Assembly: GCA_003344405.1 (NCBI GenBank)
Contig: NOWV01000167.1
Coordinates: forward strand, 1 to 64,000
Source of the DNA: Trichoplax sp. H2
Lineage: Eukaryota
DNA length: 64,000 bases
Direction of reading: 5' to 3'
The position numbers were made by a program, and so were the translations under genes. This document shows positions 54,901 to 64,000 of the stretch, piece after piece (the stretch's first letter is position 1; every line of letters starts with the position of its first letter). The notes under the pieces are model-generated. The model made no database searches, was not told where the DNA came from, and worked only from the letters and a program-made list of their open reading frames with translations.

Positions 54901-56563
54901 TATGGGTAGACAGCGATTGTGTCTTGCAGGTCATTATTTCGCGAAACTATTAATGCATTAAGAATGAACTCGTGACCCTATGTTGACATAAGCAGAGAAC
55001 TACTCATTTTGCTTGATAATTGTCATCAATAGGATGAGCATAGCTGTGGTAAAATCCAGCTAAGAAAACAGAAAAACATTCAATAGAGTTTAGCATGTGT
55101 TCGGGATAGTTTATTGACTGGGTGTAGACGTACTGTGGTTGAAAAATCGTCTTTAATGCCTAAGTTAAAGTTGTACGGTAATGTTAGAGAATGTATGCTT
55201 TTATATTTCTGTGCATTCATCAATGAAGGCAATGATCTAACACGATGCTGATTGATGTTGATTGAAAGTTTCGAATCTGATAATTACTATACGCGATGTG
55301 TTTTAGTAGTATTGCCGCTTTATATATGTGTAAAGGAAGGTACAAATGCAAAGTACATTTATTATTTTTTGCAGTATAAGAAGTATTCCTTTAGTATAGA
55401 TGTATATGCGTATTTATTTCCCACTAGATACGATAGGTAACGTTCAAAAAGATAGAATGTGAAATCTGTCGTCGATATTTTTGTAGCATAAAGTTCAGTT
55501 ATTATTCAGTTATGTAACGATTTTAATTTGAAAATATTCTGGAAATTACATGTAATGCGTGATGTAGATCTGTAAATACAAGAACTATTAGATAATACAG
55601 ACGCGAATAGAATTATCTTTCACTAACCAAATTAAATACTGTTACATATGTGATCGAGAGGAGTACCTTTAGGAGCAGTGTAGTTATTTGGAAGCCTAAA
55701 ATCTGGCAATGACTGCACTTAATGTTGGATAGGTTCTGTCGTACTCAATTTAACATTGCTTCCTGACTTTTATACACATAAAGAAATGGAAAGCAGTTTG
55801 CATTTCTGTATAAATTACTTTCGTTATGTTGTGTACTGCTTTAAGCCTATGATATGAAGATGCGAAAACTGTACCTTAAAAATATACGCGTTTGTAGTTA
55901 GCAATACAGTACTATGCTTACGGCCCAATATTTTATCAACTTGTCATTTTGTCTATACTGCAGCACTGATGTTGTTTCATAATATTTCTCGACAAACATG
56001 CCAGGCATAGCCGCAGTTCAAAATATGAGCTGTGATCTTTATAATGATTCGTTGAAGTACCGTAAGAATTTCACCATTGGATCCCCTTTCACCATTAAAG
56101 TACAATTTCGCTGCAGATTGCATTAGTATTAAGATGTAATCCTTCATAAACCGCAAAAAAGTTTGTTTAAAAATTCTCGGAATTAGTTGCTAAATATTTA
56201 GGAAGTTACTCTATGAAGTTATTTTACGATAAGGTAGTTGTTGATTTACAACGATCAAGGGTATTATTATTTTTGTATCCAATAGAGAAATACGCATCGA
56301 TGAGCCATCGTCAAAAAAGTAAACAGATGTGAGTAATTCGGAGGGGAGTAGGGGCAGGTGGCTTTAATTTGATAGGTGAACACCGAAAATCTTGCTTGAT
56401 TTTACTAAGAATTGACAGATATGTTTGGATAAATGTATTGAAGCTATATAGCCGTTTCAGCGGTATTTCTGGATATGTCATAGGGAAATGAGTGGATCTG
56501 ATGTCCATATTATACCAGTATGTGGTAGTGTATTTTAAAAAGCAATTATTATAAATCGAAATT

Positions 56564-56760
56564 TGTAACAAGGAAAAAATTAAAACTATTACAGAAATTA
56601 CCCTATGAGTCTAGTCTGTCAGGTTTGTCTTCCCTGACATTACCCTACAGTACGACTGTAAGTACTGACGATTGAGATCGTCAGAAGGAACAGTAAGACA
56701 ACTTGTTTCTCTTAGACAAACTGAACGTAAACTTTATAGAAAAAGTCATTCAATTTATAG
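56564..56760 (+). mobile_element. LTR-like dispersed repeat related to 16132-16328
   Basis: Shares the TGTAA start, TTTGT..TCCC, the CTGACGAT/ATCGTCAG hairpin, ACAGTAA and CAATTTATAG in the same order. Confidence 0.5.
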
Positions 56761-57548
56761 TAGATCGAGATATAAAGATGAATTCTATTAAAGGTACCAG
56801 TGCTTGGATACTATTATAAAATATGCATAACGTCATAGATAGCGGTATGTTATCTGACGAAAATAAGATCAGTATTTTGTAGAAAAAGTACATGTATCTA
56901 TATTGGTATATTATATATAATTAATTAATGTATAATTATATATATACAGTATATATATATTGATATGCTTTATGTCAGAATACGATCCTATTGGATTCAT
57001 GTGCTTCAAGTTGTGTCGTCCTTAATAGATAGCATGCTTTTGAGGTGTATCGCTTTTGTCCTAGTGTCAATTTTGAACAGGAAATGGATTCAAAATGCTA
57101 ATAGAACATGTCTGTAATAGAGTGGATCAATGCTACTAGGAAACTGCGGTCACTGCTATGAAAGAAGAGTGGTCTTGTTTGGCTTCCTTTGCGGCTACTT
57201 ATCAATACGATCTACCAGATTGGAAATGTTTAAGGGATACTTCTTTTAGCTCAGGTTATTTACTCATGCCAATTCGCTCATTATTGATCATGATATCTAT
57301 CCCTTGACTCGTCTCTTACGTTGTTTTTTGCAGATATGGTTCTATTTCGTGCTGTAGGAACTGAGCAAATGGGTTATCCTTCCTGGCGTACACGTACCCG
57401 CATCCAGTATCTGAAAATGAGGAAAATCTGTCCGTCTGTTATGTAGGATAGAAATGCTATAGCATAGCAAACGTCTTTTCAGTGCGCCAAGTAGAATGCA
57501 TTCTATTGCCAATTTTTTCTTCATGGAAAGCGGGCTAAGCTATTGGTA

Positions 57549-58012
57549 TATATAGAATTAATATCAGGGATCAGAGATATTTGAAGAGCAAATTCCTCTT
57601 GCTATCTATCTGGCGTTTTGTTCAGCGCGCTATTCGCCATGGTAGCTCTCTTGGTACAGTACTGTACTGTAGTCCGTCGTATATACAGTACAGTATATAT
57701 GACAATAACAAATCATACAGTATATACAGTACTGTAAGTCGGATATGTAGAATTAATATCAGGGATCAGAGATATCCGTCTGGCGTTTTGTTCAGCGCGA
57801 CTTTCGCCATGGTAGCTCTCTTAGTACAGTACTGTAGTCCGTCGTATGCATAGATGACAATAACAAATCATATATAAGTCGTATATATAGAATTAATATC
57901 AGAGATCAGAGATATTTGAAGAGCCAATTCCTCTTGCTATCCGGATGCCTGGCGTTTTGTTCAGCGCAACTTTGGCCATAGTAACTTTCTTGGTGCACTA
58001 CTGTAGTCCGTG
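57549..58012. repeat. Three-copy tandem repeat (units start at about 57549, 57744 and 57883) with pentamer insertions
   Basis: Recurring TAGAATTAATATCAG.GATCAGAGATAT...TGGCGTTTTGTTCAGCGC...CTGTAGTCCGT. Confidence 0.9.
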
Positions 58013-58130
58013 TGGTACAGTACTAAGATCAGAAAGAGACTGTAGCTTAGAATACAGTACTGTACTGTACTGTACTGTACAGTACGCTGTACCCGATTAG
58101 AAGTACTGTACAGTCTGTACTATATCCATT
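58010..58130. repeat. CAGTA/CTGTA array upstream of neurobeachin
   Basis: TACAGTACTGTACTGTACTGTACTGTACAGTA at about 58053-58084. Confidence 0.9.
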
Positions 58131-58395
58131 GTGGCGTTGTGCATGTACCACGTCGTACGTACGTCGCATAGTATGTAGTGTATCATGAACGACGCACGTA
58201 CGCACCATGAAATTGAGGCCGACCGGGCTTACAGCGCTGTAGGAAAATCGAAAACCAGCAAATACCCTTCTACAGTGTATTCTATGCTTTATTGTAGCTG
58301 TTTGTGCACTAAACTTCGTTGCGTATGGATGTCGTGACGGACGGATCAGAGCACCAGTGGGGAACATCTTGCAGGTAAATCGACAGTATGATTCC

Positions 58396-58649
58396 ACCAG
58401 CTGGTCCCAGCGCCAGTGACGGTCATCCGCAGTGCACTTGACTTCAACATGTACAGTCACACCTAGAGTTAGACACACACACCAGCTGATCCCAGTGCCA
58501 GTAAAGTTCATCTGCACTTGACTTCAACATGTACAGTCACACCTAGAGTTAGACACACACACCAGCTGATCCCAGTGCAAGTGACGGTCATCCGCAGCGC
58601 ACTTCACTTCAACATGTACTGTCACATCTAGAGGCTACACACACACAGC
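58396..58649. repeat. Three-copy 80-85 bp tandem repeat
   Basis: ACCAGCTG.TCCCAG...CACTTGACTTCAACATGTACAGTCACACCTAGAGTTAGACACACAC at 58396, 58481 and 58561. Confidence 0.93.
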
Positions 58650-58765
58650 GACGATTGGGCCAATCACAAGACTGAAGGTGACGTGTGTACTAGTGTCAGC
58701 GGAAAGAAAACACGATCGGCCAGTGCGGTCATCCCCTTCCAGTTGCTTTTGTTGGCAAATGCAAA

Positions 58766-61700
58766 ATGGCGAGCTCGTCTAAGAAGAGTAATATCGATTA
58801 TTCCGCTTCCTCGCCTCTTACCTTATCCATGGAATCATCGATCTTAAGACAGCAATCGCTATCCGATGAAGATCAATTCAATCAGTCTGCTTCATCGTTG
58901 ATAACCAACGATAAGACAAGGCAATCGTTGGAGTCGTTATTACTCATGATTCCGAAAGTCTCCACCGGTCAATTATCCCATCAAAAAATGATTGATGGCA
59001 TCTTTAGCCTTGTAAGTATATTATTTTTCACCAGGATATTTTACTATTTGCTTTATCTCTCTTTTCAATGGCAAGGGATCATCATTGTCGGCAATAGATT
59101 CCATTTGTAGTTCAATGTGATACAACATGGCTAGCGATCATCATTAGCTCCATCCACTTGCAATACATAAGAGCATCGTCATCGCTTGTAGTCATCCTTT
59201 TCGTCATCAATGGACAAGAGGATCATGGCTGCATCTTGACATACAGTAGAATCGTATTGTCGATAATGGACGATGAAGAGAGTTGAAATGAAAAGTATAT
59301 AGTACTGTAATGCATAAGGGTAGAAGCAATATTAGTCCATGCTCTATTATTGGCTTTGCCGTCTGAGTCAAAAGTACTTTGAAGTGGCTTAAAGTCCGCT
59401 TTCAATTTTAGCGATTATCATTCTGTAGAACAGGATCAGTACAATCGTGCCACTGGTAGTGCTAAACGATAGGATAACAAAAGTGTTTCATTAGTGCTCT
59501 ATCAATTTTAGCGATTGTCATTCTGTAGAACAGGATCAGTACAATCGTGCCACTGGTAGTGCTAAACGATAGGATAACAAAAGTGTTTAGTCAGTGCTCT
59601 ATCATTGCATTTTTTTGGCCAGATTGCTAGACTTATGCAATAGTCTTAATATTTATACAGTGAGGATCAATGGATATAGAATTGAATTGCAATGATTTCC
59701 CTTCCATACAACTACATCATCTGAATGGTTAGATCGCTAATCCAATATCGTCTTGAGGATAGTCTTTCAATGCTATTCCTGTTATAATCAGATATCACTT
59801 TCTTGCAATGACATCATTGACTGTACACTTGAAGTTGTTCTATCGTGAATGGAAAGCACTCTACTATCCAACTTGTACATGCATAGACTGTCCATCGATG
59901 AGTAATATCTTGGCATAACCACCATTCCATTGGACAGTCAATGGCTCCAATGGATGATATCAACGACGAGTCGATATTCTCCATTCACATGGATACTCGT
60001 CCTCACAAGCAAGATCAAGTGGTTATAAATTTCATTGTGGAACCATGTACACTAGATAGTCAACTACAGTAGAACTACATGACAACATGATTGAATAAAC
60101 TCATTTTTATTGGACAAAGGACATTGGCTTACTAACCAGGCAGTATCATTGAATTCGAATGCCATCACAGTTGTTGGTATAGCATTGATCGTAACCTGGA
60201 GTTCTAATCCATGAATTAGATCATGATTATCGCTGATCATCCATCAACCAACATCATCTTCGATATCCATTTTACGACGATATTCTCCTATGCCATCGTT
60301 ACTGAACAAGTACCACGATTACCCATGTGTAATCTTGTAGTATAGCGTCTTCATGCACATGTTACCACCATGGTGATATGCAATCACGAGACTTTAAACA
60401 GTCGACATAGACGTACAGTAAATGCAATCACCGACTTGTTCAAGTAAAAATCCTCCCCTTCTTATCCCTTAAAAAATGGATCTTGACACGTTCTGATCCA
60501 CTGCTATGGAATCTTATCCCCTATATTTTATTCACTGTAATGGTTAGCACAAGTGTACAATCGATCTTAACCATGAAATCCAATCTGGCCCTACACTTAT
60601 AACAGCAATAACAATATTGAACATCATCTGGTACTCTGCAATTGCCAACATGTACAATAAGAAGAAAAACCTACATACACTCGATACTGTTTCAATCAGT
60701 TGTTTCCTTGCTCATACGTACAACAGATTACACTCTAGGTTTCAATATAGTTATCCAACTGGCTTTCCATCGATGATTAACAAAACTGTAGTATTTACCC
60801 ATATTTAATCATTCATTGATGAACTTCCGAATGAGATCAAGTACACCGATGACCAATATCTGAGCAAGAATAGAAATGCTATCGAAGGTAATTGCCATTG
60901 CAGGGAAAATAGCAAATCTTGGAGGTTTAAAAAAGCATGATTATAGAGCGTAAAATGCCTATTTTCATACCATCTAGAAAGCACAACAGCGATGCTACGT
61001 AACATACGAAAAGAATTTGTATCGTTGATATCAAAGGTGTAGTCATTTACTTGCATCATCCCATCTTTATATGATCCCCAAAAAATAAACTGCCTTTTCT
61101 ATGTAGTAGTTGGATGAGTAACAGCGATATTTCCAAGTTGGTTAATTGATAATCAATTGGACTCTGTGTTGAAGATGGCAAACCTATCAAAATTTTAAGA
61201 TCTGCATATAATAATGGACTTGACGAAGATAGAATGTATCAATAAGATATTCATCGATTCTGGTAGAATGTCTACAAGCAACCGATAGATTCAGCATTGG
61301 TATCGGCTTTTTTATATAGCGTATGATGTTGATTGACGAGGAGATGATCCATTGATCACAGCACGTTGGTAGCTTGGGCAATTATGCTATCATTTATTCT
61401 AGATTGCAACTGTATTGAATACGGCAAATATGAGCACTTAATATAACATGGCAGCTAAGCGAGAAGAATAGTAATTTTGACAGAAGTAGACATCTTGAAA
61501 AAGATTTCAGTTATTTACTGTCCAAATGATGACAATCCGTACGATATACCTTTTAGACCTATATCGTTTAGTAACGGGTATATATCATCACAGCTTTGGG
61601 CTTGAATGATGAGTCAGTGATAGGACTTGCTTACAAAAATGGCTGCTATACTTTATCGTGTCGCTTTAAATGATGCCATCATTAAAGATGATGTGGCCTC

Positions 61701-64000
61701 TTAACTCTTTCATTGATTGGATTCAGTATGATATAGGCAATAGAGCAACTTAATTCTAGTGAAAGGTTATAAAATGGATTAACTAGACATCGTGATTCTT
61801 AGTAGAGTATCAATCTCTCGTAAAAAGGGTTATCAAACAGTCCATATACATTATGACATTGAAATACTTGTTCATAGTTGATCATGGATAATCTTGACAA
61901 ATCGAATTTGTTCAGAAATGATATCAAAATGATAAAACATGCATAATTCTAGGATAACAACTAGCGGTCAAATAAATTAGTTATTTCTCCACCTATAGAT
62001 TATTGGTGATCAACAATTTGATGCTAAAAATGCAAGAATACAAAGTCATCATGGCATATTACTATTTCTTGAACTGTTAGATAAATGCTTGGATGCTTTA
62101 AAGGTGCGGGTATATTATTGATTTTTGAAAAATTATAAATATAAGAAATAGAGTGTTTTAGCCAAAATGAAATCATAGTTTTTCTGATTTGTTTCATCAA
62201 CATTCTTAGGCAACTTTATGGAGTACGCTAACTGCCATTTTGAAAAACAACATTCATAACTTACAGTTATGTTCTAGAAACAATCTTATTAAACAAGCAA
62301 TTTATCGATTAAGAGACGCAAACCGTCATGTCGAAGGTTGGTGTAGCATCATATAAAATTTTACAATTATTTTTTGTAAAAATGTCATTGTTGCTGTGCT
62401 ACCGACATAAATTGTACTATTAGCTGTATTAGTCAACGATAGAGACGATCTTGTTCTATTTTTTTACTTACTATAGATGCAATACTGGAACTTATTGTAG
62501 TGCTAGCACGCCATAGTATCAGTGTCAAAGAACTGAAATCATTGATGGCTGCATTGAAGGGAGAAAACAGTACTTGGGTTAGTTGATACCAACTTTTCTA
62601 ACTACCCTTTACAACTCTATTTCCCTGATAAATTAATTGAGAATATTATAACTTGGATACGTAAATGTAATTGTATATTAACGTAAGTTATTGTTTTACT
62701 CATTTTAATCTTATTTGTAGCCTAAATATTCTGTAAAGTTGTTAGCTGCGATGCGTCAAATCATTAATCGCGATCAGACAGATGCTAGTGTCTTTTTTAA
62801 TTTTTCAGGAAGACGAGGTGGGGTAAGTAAAATGTTATCAAGTTGAGCTGTCTATCAACGATTTGACGATCGATCATCATTAGCTAACAGTAAAACAATT
62901 TCGAACATGTAGACTATTGCCTTACCACCAATTCGGAAATGGCCAACACAAACAGGATTTTCGATAGTAACATGGTTTCGTCTCGATCCGCTAGTCAATA
63001 GTGGGTCTACCAAAGATTTATCTCCTTATTTATATTGGTAGGAAGAATTGCCTAATACTGCTGGTTTGCATTAAGCTGTTATTGCAAAGAGCATCTTCAC
63101 TTATGTTATATTTTTTTGCTTTTACGTCTGTAAAGCTTTCAAAATGGCAAGGGTATAGGCTACAGTGCCTATTTTGTAGAGTCAAATCTTATGATAGAAA
63201 CGATTACGAAACCAAAGAGGAAAGGCTACAGTCATGTTGTTAATCATAAGTTCCGTTCAAGAAAAGTAATATTGGATAGAGGATAGATGAATACGTTTTC
63301 TTTTATACGCATATTGTATTGATATACATTAAGTTCATTTATTTTTATTCAATTTAGTGGTATATGGTTGGAATTGTGTATATATATAACCGATTTAGAC
63401 GCAGTGAACTGCATTGTTACGTTAATGGTCAAGAAGTTTCACACGATGATGTATCCATAGTTTCTTGCGATGAGGTAAAAATTTCGTTGACATCAATATG
63501 TCAGAACTTATAATCTACTCGTCTTACTACAGTCTCAACAGCTTTGTAATTGTCATCGTACGTAGTTTATTTACTTATGGTCTACTGCAGTTATAGTCAT
63601 TTATACCTGTCATTTATTTCGTGTTATGATCCAGCCATTTCATAAGTGTTTCATCGGATCTTGTCCGCAAGCCCTGCCTTCTACCGTATTTTCTGGCCAA
63701 ATGGGGTCATTCTATACATTTATCGAGGCGTTGTCAAATGATACAATGGCAGCGATATATTACTTGGGCCCAGATTATAGGGTATAAAGTGATTTCATCT
63801 TATAAAATCATTTTCTATCATTATAAATGTAAATACTACAGTTTTATAAATATTTACAATCCACGTAGTGTCAGTTCAAGCATGGATTTGAGACTGATGT
63901 ACCACTCTCCGCATCTCAGGAAAAGGTAAAATTTTAATATTTTACTACTTACAATACCAAGCTAAAATAAGTCAATTCTTATTCTGTTGAAATTCTTTGT
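58766..64000 (+). CDS. NBEA: Neurobeachin/LRBA-family BEACH protein, 5' part (continues beyond the window); exon 1 is 58766-59011, next exon starts at 61999
   Basis: LWSTLTAILKNNIHNLQLC, VLARHSISVKELK, FFNFSG, IALPPIRKWPTQTGFSIVTWFRLDP, PYLY, FSGQMG and AIYYLGPDY match the NBEA/LRBA N-terminal region. Confidence 0.9.
59402..59604. repeat. Two-copy 100-bp tandem duplication in neurobeachin intron 1
   Basis: TCAATTTTAGCGATT.TCATTCTGTAGAACAGG...GTGCTCTATCA at 59402 and 59502. Confidence 0.95.

Noticed and set aside
57549-58649. CRISPR-like appearance of repeated units
   Set aside because: Units are long contiguous tandem copies without unique spacers; the context is eukaryotic and there are no cas genes.

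Overview
AT-rich, intron-containing animal genomic DNA. Gene style and repeats suggest a placozoan (Trichoplax-like) genome, but that is inference. Positions 1-19.1 kb hold a tandem gamma-butyrobetaine dioxygenase (BBOX1-like) cluster: one intact gene, two full-length disabled copies, three remnants, a recent segmental duplication and three solo-LTR-like insertions with 5-bp TSDs. These are followed by RBX1 (-), glutaredoxin (+), a bacterial-type TrmH tRNA methyltransferase (-), a Helitron remnant, mARC (-), RAMAC-like (-), ubinuclein (+), a secreted alpha-carbonic anhydrase (-) and the 5' part of neurobeachin/LRBA (+). The most striking feature is dense mixed CAGTA/CTGTA pentamer arrays upstream of housekeeping genes. 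Comparing duplicated and allelic copies shows these units are added exactly after TA dinucleotides (TA becomes TA-CAG-TA or TA-CTG-TA), which matches Tc1/mariner excision footprints. All four 20-N gaps lie in these regions and separate what look like uncollapsed alleles. Exon coordinates and alignments were worked out by eye.
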